NCBI GenBank assembly: GCA_049322915.1
Contig: JBMOPW010000002.1
Location: 1 to 64,000, forward strand
DNA from: Candidatus Zhuqueibacterota bacterium
GTDB lineage: Bacteria; Zhuqueibacterota; Zhuqueibacteria; Thermofontimicrobiales; Thermofontimicrobiaceae
DNA length: 64,000 nt
Direction: 5' to 3'
This document shows positions 1-9,859 of this stretch, piece after piece. A program made the position numbers and the translations under genes. Position 1 is the first letter of the stretch, and every line of letters begins with the position of its first letter. The notes below the pieces were generated by a model, which was given only the letters and a program-made list of their open reading frames with translations, ran no database searches and was not told the DNA's origin.

Positions 1-23
1 GGACGGTCGCGACCGTCCACTAC
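1..23. repeat. REP-like perfect palindrome, truncated by the window start
   Basis: GGACGGTCGCGACCGTCCACTAC; the same palindrome occurs at 31970-31994 preceded by GTAG, typical of GTAG-type REP elements. Confidence 0.7.
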
Positions 24-167
24 AGATACAAAAAGTATCGAATTTATTGCACATGCTTTCAACGGGTCATTCCTATGAACGGCAACGGGTGAAACAGTGC
101 GATTGTTACTTTGAGGCAAAAATTCATGACTGCATAGTCACTCTCGAATGGTTTCAAAACCCATCCA

Positions 168-1268
168 TCAAATGACTTCCAAATAATCCCGATCCGGTAG
201 TACCGGAAATTCTGCATGGGGTTCGGCCTGATACCAGAAAGCCACTGAAGAAATATCGTCCTGTAGCGGCAGGTAGCGGCTCTGTTGCTTGCCCATCTGC
301 GTGCGCCATCCCAGCGCCTGCATGGTGACGCGCAGGTCCTTTTCAAAGCGGACCGGGTCCATAATATGCCAGCGATACAAGCTGAAGCGGTGATTGCTCT
401 GCGTGAAGCCATCCGGTTTGATCACCTGTGGCATGCCGGAATAGGGGGTGGAAAATTCACAATAATGCCCTTCCGGGTAGACGAATCCCCAGGCGCCGCA
501 AAAATAATCTTCAGTGCCGGTGCCACAAATCGTCGGAAAATCGTTGTCACCGTCCATGTAAAATTTGATCTCACCTTCGCCCCACCAGCCGTTATTGTTC
601 ACTCCCCAGGCCATGTAGGTTCCCACGTAATGCCCCTGTCCGGACACGCCATCCAGAATGGTGTGCACCTGCTTGTAGGGCAGGGGATTGTTCCGGCGCC
701 ATTGGGCATGAAAATAAGCCGCATCCTCCGGGACATCCGTGAGGGTGTAATCGATCTGATAGAAAAGCATATCAACCGGCTCATCGCTCAGGTTCTCAAT
801 CGTTATTTTGGCGGATTTGCGAAATGGCATTTCCCAATAACTGTTGAGTCCGCCGGCGGGATTAACGCAAACGGCCAGTGAATTAACCAGCCCCGGTTTG
901 CACCAACCGGTGCAGAAAAAGTCGCCTAACGGCACTTCAACGGAGGGCGTTTTCTCGCCGTCCCAGTAACACCGAAAGATCAATCGTCTCAACTCGCGGG
1001 GACTGACCGTCATCCAAATATGCTGGATCGCGCCGGAGCCATTAATATTCGCCAGCGTTACAATGGATTTTGGCGCCAGAGCAATGCAGGGCGACACTTT
1101 CCAGGTCTGGCCGAGGTCGCGGGCGGCAGTCTCGCAGATGCCGGAGGTGGCCATTCCGCCTTTGCCTTTTTCACCAGTGAAGTTCTCCGCGCTGATGGAG
1201 CGCGTCTGAGCGTGTGAGAGCCGGGAGAGATTTCCCAAATGAAGATTTAATCCATTGAACTGGTTCAT
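168..1268 (-). CDS. DUF2961 / GH172-family glycoside hydrolase
   Basis: Motifs RSISAENFTGEKGKGG, GAIQHIWMT, WWGEGEIKFYMDGD, GTGTEDYF, DDISSVAFWYQ; start reassigned to MNQF at 1268 with AGGAG RBS. Confidence 0.85.
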   Translation of the reverse strand: MNQFNGLNLHLGNLSRLSHAQTRSISAENFTGEKGKGGMATSGICETAARDLGQTWKVSPCIALAPKSIVTLANINGSGAIQHIWMTVSPRELRRLIFRCYWDGEKTPSVEVPLGDFFCTGWCKPGLVNSLAVCVNPAGGLNSYWEMPFRKSAKITIENLSDEPVDMLFYQIDYTLTDVPEDAAYFHAQWRRNNPLPYKQVHTILDGVSGQGHYVGTYMAWGVNNNGWWGEGEIKFYMDGDNDFPTICGTGTEDYFCGAWGFVYPEGHYCEFSTPYSGMPQVIKPDGFTQSNHRFSLYRWHIMDPVRFEKDLRVTMQALGWRTQMGKQQSRYLPLQDDISSVAFWYQAEPHAEFPVLPDRDYLEVI

Positions 1269-1430
1269 GCTTTGTCTCCTGAATTGGTTAAATATCGAAT
1301 CATCAGCGATGGATGCTGGAAAAAGAATTATAGTGAATTGCACCGTGACTGGAGAAAGATACAGAATTTTCGTTTCAATTGCAAGAGCAGAGTCATAGCT
1401 GCTGCACGTCTATTTTAAAATTTGAAAAAG

Positions 1431-2483
1431 CTAATCAGCGAAATATAATCGCATGGCCACTGACGCAAACACATTCTCCGGCTGAGTACGAAGCACCTGC
1501 TCGAAGAGTGACCTTGCTGCGTCCTTGTCTCCCCGAACGAGGAGCGCATTGGCCTTCTTCCACATGGCTTCGATTCGATGACTTTCAATGGCCAATGCAG
1601 CGTCGTAGCGTTCGACTGCCTTGCCTGTCTCGCCCAAGGCCATGAGCACATCGCCGGACATCAACAGGATCGCTGCTGGCTTCTGCGTGAAATTCAACGC
1701 ACTGGTGAGGGCGGCCGCTGCCTGGCCATAGTCGCCGGCATGAATGAATTCCTCGGCTGCGGTTGTGTAAAAATGGACGCTGTCGTTTTCAACGGCCATC
1801 GGCGCAAAATAGCTGTCCATGATCCCGATGGTGCGCGTGAACAGCGAAAATGTGCCAGGCTCATTCATGCCAATGATCTGTTGAAACAGCGCGCGGGCGG
1901 AATCGGGTTGCGCGCTTTGAATCCAGAGATTTACTTTCCGAATGAGGGCGTCTCCATTCCGGGGATCATGCTCCAGGCACTTGCCGATCAAAAACTGGGC
2001 GGTGTCCAGCTCCGAAGCGGCGGCGAAAATATCCGCTTTGAGAAGCAGCGTGGTTGGATTGTCGAATTTCTTGTTATCAACACGGTCGAATGAATCGCGG
2101 GCTTCATCATTCCTGTTCATCAAAAACAAGGCCAGTCCGCGGTTGAAGTAGTTGGCTTCGTTGTTGGCATTCGTGCCGGCCACTGCGATGGATTGATCGT
2201 AGCTCATCACGGCATCTTCGAACTGCCTGAGTTGAAACTGGGCGTTCCCCTTGGCTGCCAGAGCGCGTTCATACGAGGGATTCCAGTTCAGAAATCCTTT
2301 CTTAAAATTGGGATTGGCGGCAATGTACGAATCAAAGGCAGCGATGGCGCCCTCGAAATTCCCTTGCTGGTAGAGTAATTTGCCATCCTTGCAGATGTGC
2401 TCATTCCGGCTGGCACAGGTATTCAGCAGGATTGAAATAAGGCCAAAAATCACAACGACTTTTATAGTGAATTTAATTTTCAT
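1431..2483 (-). CDS. Tetratricopeptide-repeat protein, possible lipoprotein
   Basis: Multiple TPR-like helices (YFNRGLALF, A..KGNA, W.KKANAL); hydrophobic N-terminus ending LLNTC; start MKIKF with CAGGAG RBS. Confidence 0.75.
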   Translation of the reverse strand: MKIKFTIKVVVIFGLISILLNTCASRNEHICKDGKLLYQQGNFEGAIAAFDSYIAANPNFKKGFLNWNPSYERALAAKGNAQFQLRQFEDAVMSYDQSIAVAGTNANNEANYFNRGLALFLMNRNDEARDSFDRVDNKKFDNPTTLLLKADIFAAASELDTAQFLIGKCLEHDPRNGDALIRKVNLWIQSAQPDSARALFQQIIGMNEPGTFSLFTRTIGIMDSYFAPMAVENDSVHFYTTAAEEFIHAGDYGQAAAALTSALNFTQKPAAILLMSGDVLMALGETGKAVERYDAALAIESHRIEAMWKKANALLVRGDKDAARSLFEQVLRTQPENVFASVAMRLYFAD

Positions 2484-2690
2484 GGATTGCTCCTGTTTTA
2501 TTTTGAAAGTGATGCCCGAATTGGTTTTCAGTAGATGGGCAACATCCCGGCTCGCATCATCGAGGCTTCCACAAAAGGGATACATGAATTCTGAGAAAAC
2601 AGCTTTTTCGCTCGTCCGTCAATCGGTTCAGAAATTAAACCGAAACGCATGTGACGAATCACCATTTCGTTGAATGGCGAATAGAACAGC

Positions 2691-3944
2691 TCACACTTTT
2701 TCGAGATAATGGCCGCCTTTGGCTTCGATCAGTTTGAGCCACACGGAAAAGAAGAATCCGATCACGCCCAGCACCGAAAACATCAGCATGGCCGGATTGT
2801 AGCTGCCGGTTTTATCGCGAATCAATCCAACGAGCAGGGGAAAGATGAACAATCCCACATTCTGAACCATGGCGATCACGCCGTATGCTGTGCCCAATTG
2901 TTTTTCCTTCACCATCAGCGGCAGCGCCGGCCACAGAGACGCCGGAACCAGGGAGAAGGAGATACCCAGGACAATCATGGGAATCCAGGGCGAGAGGTAA
3001 GAGTAGCCCATTAAAAAGTGCGTGGGAATCATGACCAGAGAGCCGATCATCATCATGGTTGCGCGCTTTCCGATTCTGTCCACGATGAAGCCGAAAAACC
3101 AGGTGGTGAACATGGAAATCAGAATGATCGTGCCAGCCAATCGACCGGCGAAAACGTACTCCAGATTGTAACGCTCGGTGAAGAAATCCGTTGCTGCACC
3201 CTGGAATGGAAAAATAGCGGAATAGAAAACCATGCAGAGGATGCTGATCACCCAGAAGGCCAATGGGAGTTTGAGCGCATCGCGGAGATGAAACACCTCG
3301 TCCTGAACTCCTTCTTCCGGGATGGAAACCAGTTTTTTGCGTTCGCCATAGTTGTCCAGGAATCCATAGGCAAAAGTCACCAGAAATCCGAATATATTGA
3401 TCGCGGCGACGATCCACAAAGCGGTGCCCAGAGTGAAATTGTTAGCCAGCCAGGGGAGCCCGAAGAATGCGACATAGGTTCCCAGCCGAATCAGGAACAG
3501 ATTGATCCCGAAAGCCATGGCCAGTCCGCGACCTTTGAGCCATTTGGCCATAATTTTGTTCATCACGACATAGTAGGCCTCGGCACCGATACCGAAGAAA
3601 AACCGTCCCACCAACATGACGGTAAAATTTTCACTCGCAGTGAGCACCGTCCCGAAAGCGAAAAGGCCTGAAAAGAGGATGGCCGCTTTTTTCACGCCCA
3701 GACGGTCGGTTAACAGACCACCCAATACAACGAACAAAATCACCGGGATCGAATAAATGCTGTACAGCCAGTATACCTGGGTCGTGGAGAGGTTCAGTTT
3801 TTCTTTCAATAATGGGGTCAATGGCCCGATACAATCGTACGCGAAATAACTTGCCATTGCGGCGATGCTGATGAGCACAAGCGAGAGATAGGCCAGAACA
3901 TACACATGGGTCATCGAAATTTTGGATTCCGGGGAATTGCTCAT
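2691..3944 (-). CDS. MFS transporter (MFSD1-like)
   Basis: About 12 TM segments; motif A GLLTDRLGVK and the repeat GFIVDRIGKR. Confidence 0.9.
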   Translation of the reverse strand: MSNSPESKISMTHVYVLAYLSLVLISIAAMASYFAYDCIGPLTPLLKEKLNLSTTQVYWLYSIYSIPVILFVVLGGLLTDRLGVKKAAILFSGLFAFGTVLTASENFTVMLVGRFFFGIGAEAYYVVMNKIMAKWLKGRGLAMAFGINLFLIRLGTYVAFFGLPWLANNFTLGTALWIVAAINIFGFLVTFAYGFLDNYGERKKLVSIPEEGVQDEVFHLRDALKLPLAFWVISILCMVFYSAIFPFQGAATDFFTERYNLEYVFAGRLAGTIILISMFTTWFFGFIVDRIGKRATMMMIGSLVMIPTHFLMGYSYLSPWIPMIVLGISFSLVPASLWPALPLMVKEKQLGTAYGVIAMVQNVGLFIFPLLVGLIRDKTGSYNPAMLMFSVLGVIGFFFSVWLKLIEAKGGHYLEKV

Positions 3945-4095
3945 AACCAAACCTTTCTGTTAAGTCGTAGCCAATGGGTATAATTCGAGGTTGGAGCCGC
4001 GGTATTTCATGATGGTGCGCGGCTTTGGCAACAGGCCGTCTGCGTTGTGGGCAAATCGTGATGCGAACAGGTCTGTCGGTTTCATTTAAAAGTAA

Positions 4096-4261
4096 GTAAC
4101 CATTCAGGTTGTCAGGTTCATCGTTCAGGGTTCAGAGTTAATGACATTGCTGAGTCAATTCCCGTGCCAGTTGCCAGGCTTGAATGACTTCAATTTGACT
4201 GATGTCCATCTCTGGTAAATCCTGAACAGGTCACTTTGGAACGTTGAACCAGAATAGTTCA
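4096..4261. repeat. Element bounded by GTAACCATTCAG...CAGAATAGTTCA with inward heptamer repeats
   Basis: Imperfect terminal inverted repeats; (G/C)GTTCA(G/T) heptamers on the left, (C/T)TGAAC-type on the right. Confidence 0.45.
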
Positions 4262-4405
4262 AAAAGAAAGATAAATGTAGACGAATAGGATGATAATGTC
4301 AAGGGATTTTTTTCATCGCGCATAATTCAATATGCCTGGTGCAGTTCGCATACATCGTTCGACAGACAGAGCGGTTATTTTTCAGCAGCCACGAAATAAT
4401 CAGCC

Positions 4406-4525
4406 GTTACTGTTTAGCCACATGATCGGGCTAGATATTTATCCAGCGCGGGGAATGAATTGGATCATATACTCACGAACGATCGGTTGGCAAGCCTGGC
4501 GTACTTCAAATGATTAAATAGTTAC
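4406..4525. repeat. ~120 bp dispersed repeat, copy 1
   Basis: Collinear similarity to 14349-14467 (TTAGCCACATGAT, ATTTATC, TCGGTTGG, ATTAAA); ends GTTACTGTTTAG / TTAAATAGTTAC. Confidence 0.6.
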
Positions 4526-4695
4526 AATCTGGCGAACTCATGTCCAGATTTTTCTTGACATTAAGTCTCTGATTTATTATCTTTCGGCCGGTCAATGGGC
4601 CGAACGGCATGGCGTAGTTCCGTCACGCGCATGGTGAAAATTTATTAGGAAACTGCTCAGCCACCAGTCTCAAAGGCGCGAAGAAAAAAATAAAT

Positions 4696-4865
4696 CTAAC
4701 CTGAATTATTCATGAACTTGCTCAGAATTTGAGTCGACATTCAGATTTTCAATTAGCTAAAAACTAAGCTATTTTGAAACTCAGTTTTTATACGTTTATT
4801 CTAAAAAGAGCACCATTCAGGTTTGCCAGCCTTCTTTAATAATACGATGAAAAATGCAGGCTGAA
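4696..4865. mobile_element. MITE-like element, copy 1 (130 bp core 4696-4825 plus ~40 bp shared flank)
   Basis: Core differs at 5 of 130 positions from the reverse complement of 24035-24164; terminal inverted repeat AACCTGAAT...ATTCAGGTT. Confidence 0.8.
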
Positions 4866-4977
4866 TTATCGATTCAGAAAAGCTGAATGTGGCTTAAAAA
4901 AATGAATTGCACAAAATACGAACGAAGAAAATGACGTCTTCGTGAAACTTTATGGCCTGGTGACTTCGAAAATTCTC

Positions 4978-5024
4978 TTTAACCCGGAACCTGGAACCTT
5001 TAAACCTGGAACCTGAGTAGTCAC
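4978..5024. repeat. Short AACCTGG-type heptamer array ending CTGAGTAGTCAC
   Basis: AACCCGG AACCTGG AACCTTTA AACCTGG AACCTGAGTAGTCAC; resembles the right end of 4096-4261. Confidence 0.45.
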
Positions 5025-5056
5025 CTTTTAAAATGTAATACATTGAGGAATTCAGT

Positions 5057-6097
5057 ATGGAAACATATCGAGCGAATAAAATGATCGTGGTGCTGCTGGG
5101 AATTCTGGTCATCATTGCCCTGGGTTTTATACTTCGAATTCTTGGGTCCATTCTGAAGCCATTCCTGATTGCGCTGTTTTTATCATTCCTTTTTGATCTG
5201 CCCATCAAAGTGATGCGTCGTATAAAAATCCCTAAGTCCGTGGCGATTATCATCATTCTGATTTTCACCTTTCTGTTTTTCTACCTCATCGGCCTGCTCA
5301 TTTATTCGAATGTCAATTCATTCAAGGAAGAATTCCCGGCATACGAAGAAAAATTCCAGAATCTCTATCTGGGTGTGTTGGAGCATCTGCACATACCGGA
5401 AACAGATGTTCAGAAATATTATGAAAGCATCAACTGGCCTGAGTTGCTCCAGAAGTTTTCGATTCACAAACTGCTGTCCGCCAGCGCCGATTCGTTCATG
5501 AGTTTCGTCTCGAACCTTTTTTTGATATTGCTATTCATGGTTTACATCCTTCTCGGTCGCGATGAATTGCTGCAACGTATCGTGCTGGCTTTCCCGGATG
5601 ATGGCAAGAAATTTCTGACTGTCTACGAAAATATCAATACCGGAATTCAGCGGTATGTCGCCGCCAAAGCGCTGATCAGTCTGGGGACAGGGATATCGGC
5701 AACGATCATCTTGTTGATTTTCGGCGTCGACTTTGCCTGGGTGTGGGGATTGCTCACATTTCTCTTGGACTTCATCCCCAACCTCGGCTCAACACTGGCC
5801 ATTGTGCCGCCGTTTCTGGTGGCGATTTTCCAGTTCGGCGGGTTGGTTCCGGCGGTCTGGATTGCATTGCTGCTGATCCTGGTCCAACTCACCTGGGGCA
5901 ATATTGTTGAACCGGCAGTGATGGGCAAACGAATGAACCTGAGCCCTCTGGTCGTCATTGTTTCATTGATTTTCTGGGGATTTATCTGGGGGCCGATAGG
6001 CATGGTTTTAGCCGTGCCGGTCTCTTCTGCTATTCAAATCGTTTGCTCGCATATAAATTCGTTGAAACCCATCAGTGTTATGATGGCCGATGAATGA
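5057..6097 (+). CDS. AI-2E family (UPF0118) transporter
   Basis: Hydrophobic; FIPNLGS, NIVEPAVMG...NLSPLVV and WGPIGMVLAVP motifs. Confidence 0.9.
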   Translation: METYRANKMIVVLLGILVIIALGFILRILGSILKPFLIALFLSFLFDLPIKVMRRIKIPKSVAIIIILIFTFLFFYLIGLLIYSNVNSFKEEFPAYEEKFQNLYLGVLEHLHIPETDVQKYYESINWPELLQKFSIHKLLSASADSFMSFVSNLFLILLFMVYILLGRDELLQRIVLAFPDDGKKFLTVYENINTGIQRYVAAKALISLGTGISATIILLIFGVDFAWVWGLLTFLLDFIPNLGSTLAIVPPFLVAIFQFGGLVPAVWIALLLILVQLTWGNIVEPAVMGKRMNLSPLVVIVSLIFWGFIWGPIGMVLAVPVSSAIQIVCSHINSLKPISVMMADE

Positions 6098-6767
6098 TGC
6101 AGCATTCATTCCCCTGTGATGTGTGTCCACAATCTCTCAACCTTCTCACCAATGTGCGAATTTCGTTCCTGAATTTCACAGAAATGGTCGTCCCTATCTA
6201 TGCAAAATATTGCTTAGTCTGGCTTGATAATTCTTGCACGATGGATGATATTTCGTGTTATGATCCGATCTATCGATTTATATAACTCACTATAAATAAA
6301 AGAGAACACTGATATTGTTAAAATATTGGTATAAAATTTGTATAGGGTTCTTCCCTAATGTAAAATACGTGATCAGTCTTCAGCGATCCGTACTCAGCTA
6401 AAGAACTAATGTTGCATTATATACGAGCACTGAAATCACCTACAGTTGAAAAAGTGTGCCAAGTTTATCTGATTGAAATTTTAGGAGCTGATGGCTGACC
6501 GCCAATCGCTCAATTTAGGTCTAAATCAGTTCCTGTCGGAGACGAAGAAATCCTGAGCGTTGTGATTGTAAGCCCGGGGAGATTTTTCGATGACAACACC
6601 GATGGCGAAAATGGAAAGAAGTGATTTTCTGGAAAAAGTAAGTTAAATGTCACAGGAACAATCTGCCTGTAAGGAGGTGATCGGCAAAAAAATTAAAGTA
6701 TGATTGGTGAGTCAGTCTGTGTTTTGTACAAGTAATTTAGTGTGTGTGAAACCAAAACGGAGGAATC

Positions 6768-9683
6768 ATGAACAAAAAGATTTTGGTTGGTTTACTAGTG
6801 TTAATGTTGATACCTGCCTGGCTTTTTGCTGGTGTTACTGGTAAAATTTCGGGTGTAATCAAAGATAAAGATACGGGCGAACCGTTGCCAGGTGTCAACG
6901 TGACGATCGAAGGAACCATGATGGGCGCCGCCACGGACATCAATGGTATGTATATCATATTGAATGTCCCGGTTGGAACCTATGTGGTGAAAGCTCAATA
7001 CATCGGTTATAAGACAGTGGATATGACCGATGTCCGTGTTAGTGCAGACCTCACTACTGAGGTGAGTTTCGATTTGCCCCCGACGGTTCTTGAAGGTGAA
7101 ATGGTGCGAATCACGGCCGAACGGCCCATCATCAACAAGAACGTCACCAATACCGTGAAAACGATTCAGGCGGATGAGTTGAAAAATCTCCCCGCACGAG
7201 GCGTTCAGACAGTGATGAACCTGTCCTCAGCAGTTGTCGATGGCAGCCACGTCCGTGGTGGCCGTTCTGAAGAGAACGTCACCTACATCGACGGTGTGAT
7301 GACCACGTTGCTGCGCGGTGGAGATACCAACGCACTCACGGTTATCAATAATGCAATTGAAGAATCAAATTTCCATGCGGGTGGTTTCAACGCTGAGTAC
7401 GGCTTCGCCACCTCGGGTGTGCTGCAAACCACGACCAAATCCGGCGGTTCCGATTATCACTTCAGCCTGGAAGGTATTTCCGATGAAGTGTTCAAGAACA
7501 ACGAAAACAAGACGCTGGGAGCTGATTCGTGGGGATACAACACCTATACGGTCACAGCGGGTGGACCTATACCTTATCTGTTCGATAAGAAATTGAGATT
7601 CTTCGTGGCTGGTGAAAGAAATTTCGATCACGGCTATGCGACCAATTACGAAGGATTTGAAATTGATACAGTGCTCACCTCCCAGGGGAAAGACTTCCAT
7701 TTTGTCGGTGGACTGCCGGCTGGCCCTGGCCCAGGTTATTATAGTAGCTCCTATGACATCAATGGAAACCTGACCTACAATTTGCAATCCATGCGTTTCA
7801 AATTTGGTGGTACTTACCACAATGGTGAGACCAAAGGCGGCGCCGGAACGACCAGTTTCCTGAACCAGGAGAAAAATGGAATTACCAAATACTGGAATGC
7901 CAGCAGCTACCTCAACATCACCCACCAGGTGAATCCAAAATTATTCTACACGTTCAATTTGAACTATTTCTATTACAAGAATGAATACGGTGATCCAGAC
8001 CTGTGGGATGATATTGCCAAATACGGCGATCCTGAATACAATGCAGATTTGGTTGACTGGAATACCTCTTATACTTACAGTCTTTACGGTCTTTATACAT
8101 TCCAGATTCCCGGCCAGGTAACCTCCGGCTATGGAAAAACAGCCCAATCGAACTGGGGACCCAAATTTGACCTTGTCTGGCAGTTCAATAATTTTAATGA
8201 ATTGAAAGCCGGCTTTGAGTATAACTACTATACCATCCGCCGATATGCGATCGATCCATTTGCCGTGTCGCTAAACCTGCATAACCGTGCCATCACTCCT
8301 GAAGATACGCGAACCGAGTATGACCTGTATCGCAATAGCTACGGGTACTATGGCTACGATATGTTTGGCAATGAAATCGACGAAGATCAGATGTACGAAG
8401 TCACCAATGATCAGAGCGAAATCATCTCCGTCAATGGTCATGATGCTCCGAAACATCCGGTTCGCGCTGCCCTCTATGTTCAGGACAAAATCGAGTTGAA
8501 AGACCTTGTGTTGAATGCCGGTCTTCGCTTTGATTATTTTGCATCCGGAACTGAAAGTTGGATTGATCCATCCCGTCTGATACTTAATGATGCAAATTTG
8601 CTCGGCGATGAAAGCTTTGGCGATGAAAAAGTGTACAAAATAATCAGCCCGCGCCTGGGATGGTCATTCCCTGTGACCGAGAAAACGGTGTTCCACGCCC
8701 AATTCGGAAAATTCGTCCAGATGCCCAAAGTGGACGATATGTATGACGGTCATACATACGTTGGACGTTTCCTCCAGGGCGGTAATGCGCGATCCATGCC
8801 CAATCCCAATTTGGAACCGATGCAAACCATCCAGTACGAAGTTGGAATTAAGCAACAGATCGGACAGAACGCCAGCTTGAATTTGACTGCATTCTATAAA
8901 GATGAGAAAGATAAAATCCAGTTGCGCGTTTACTTCCCGGAAGAAGGCTACGGCTATTCCTCATATTTCCAATATCAGAACGTGGACTATGGAACGACCA
9001 AAGGTCTTACGCTGAGCTTGAATCTGAGGCGCATCAACCGCATCAGCGGCTCTGTGGAATATACCTATTCCAAAGCGATGGGAACCGGCTCCGGCAGCGG
9101 TACGCATTTCGACATTGCATGGCAGGATCAGAGTTTGCGATTCCCAACCATCATTATGCCTCTGGAATTCAACCAGGATCATGTCGCCAATTTCAATCTC
9201 GATTTCCGGTTGAATAAAGACGATGGCCCAACCATATTCAACTTCAAACCGTTGGCCAATCTCGGCATCAATATTATTTACCTCATGCACAGCGGCAACC
9301 GCTATACACGCACCGAGCCAGGTCCTCGTGGTTTGTTCTCACAGAACGCACCGAGGCCATTGGAAGCCCTCAATTCTTCGGTGATGCCCTGGTATCAAAG
9401 AATGGATCTGAAAATCGACCGCTCGTTCCAGATCGATCAATTCAGATTGAAACCCTACATCTGGGTGTACAATGTGTTTAACATTAAAAACGTGACCGGC
9501 GTGTATACGCAGACCGGTGAAGCCCAGGATAATGGCTGGTTCCAGACAGAAGACGGCAAAGCCTGGGAAGAGATTAATGGCGACGCCGGCATGTACTGGG
9601 CGCGCTATGCCCTGACCGGCGGTGGTAACGCCAATTTGAGCACCCCCCGCATTATGCGGTTTGGTCTGCTGGTTGAGTTTTAA
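6768..9683 (+). CDS. TonB-dependent receptor with N-terminal carboxypeptidase-regulatory-like domain
   Basis: Signal peptide; TGKISG..D..TGEPLPGVNV; plug motifs HVRGGRSEE..YIDG and GGFNAEYG; C-terminal Phe (FGLLVEF). Confidence 0.9.
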   Translation: MNKKILVGLLVLMLIPAWLFAGVTGKISGVIKDKDTGEPLPGVNVTIEGTMMGAATDINGMYIILNVPVGTYVVKAQYIGYKTVDMTDVRVSADLTTEVSFDLPPTVLEGEMVRITAERPIINKNVTNTVKTIQADELKNLPARGVQTVMNLSSAVVDGSHVRGGRSEENVTYIDGVMTTLLRGGDTNALTVINNAIEESNFHAGGFNAEYGFATSGVLQTTTKSGGSDYHFSLEGISDEVFKNNENKTLGADSWGYNTYTVTAGGPIPYLFDKKLRFFVAGERNFDHGYATNYEGFEIDTVLTSQGKDFHFVGGLPAGPGPGYYSSSYDINGNLTYNLQSMRFKFGGTYHNGETKGGAGTTSFLNQEKNGITKYWNASSYLNITHQVNPKLFYTFNLNYFYYKNEYGDPDLWDDIAKYGDPEYNADLVDWNTSYTYSLYGLYTFQIPGQVTSGYGKTAQSNWGPKFDLVWQFNNFNELKAGFEYNYYTIRRYAIDPFAVSLNLHNRAITPEDTRTEYDLYRNSYGYYGYDMFGNEIDEDQMYEVTNDQSEIISVNGHDAPKHPVRAALYVQDKIELKDLVLNAGLRFDYFASGTESWIDPSRLILNDANLLGDESFGDEKVYKIISPRLGWSFPVTEKTVFHAQFGKFVQMPKVDDMYDGHTYVGRFLQGGNARSMPNPNLEPMQTIQYEVGIKQQIGQNASLNLTAFYKDEKDKIQLRVYFPEEGYGYSSYFQYQNVDYGTTKGLTLSLNLRRINRISGSVEYTYSKAMGTGSGSGTHFDIAWQDQSLRFPTIIMPLEFNQDHVANFNLDFRLNKDDGPTIFNFKPLANLGINIIYLMHSGNRYTRTEPGPRGLFSQNAPRPLEALNSSVMPWYQRMDLKIDRSFQIDQFRLKPYIWVYNVFNIKNVTGVYTQTGEAQDNGWFQTEDGKAWEEINGDAGMYWARYALTGGGNANLSTPRIMRFGLLVEF

Positions 9684-9721
9684 TACTAATTGATATTTTT
9701 GCTTTATTTAACAAGATGCGG

Positions 9722-9828
9722 TTAACCCTATAACGTCAATTAACAAATTTATCACAATATGTTGAATTTTTCATCTCTCCGAAATACAATATATAACGAT
9801 AAAAAATCTGTGTACGTAACAGGGTTAA
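9722..9828. mobile_element. TTAA-bounded ~100 bp MITE, diverged copy
   Basis: TTAACCCTATAACGTCA...TACGTAACAGGGTTAA; collinear with 43270-43377 and 58591-58698. Confidence 0.7.
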
Positions 9829-9859
9829 TATGCGATTTTCTTTTTCAGGAGGAAAAGCA

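Noticed and set aside
4154..4170. Sigma54 promoter for the MFS gene (minus-strand TGGCACGGGAATTGA)
   Set aside because: The -12 dinucleotide is GA rather than GC and the site lies within a repeat-like element
6540..6590. Cobalamin riboswitch upstream of the TonB receptor
   Set aside because: Only a loose AAGCCCGGGGAGA resemblance; the conserved GGGAA and CGGTG core elements were not found
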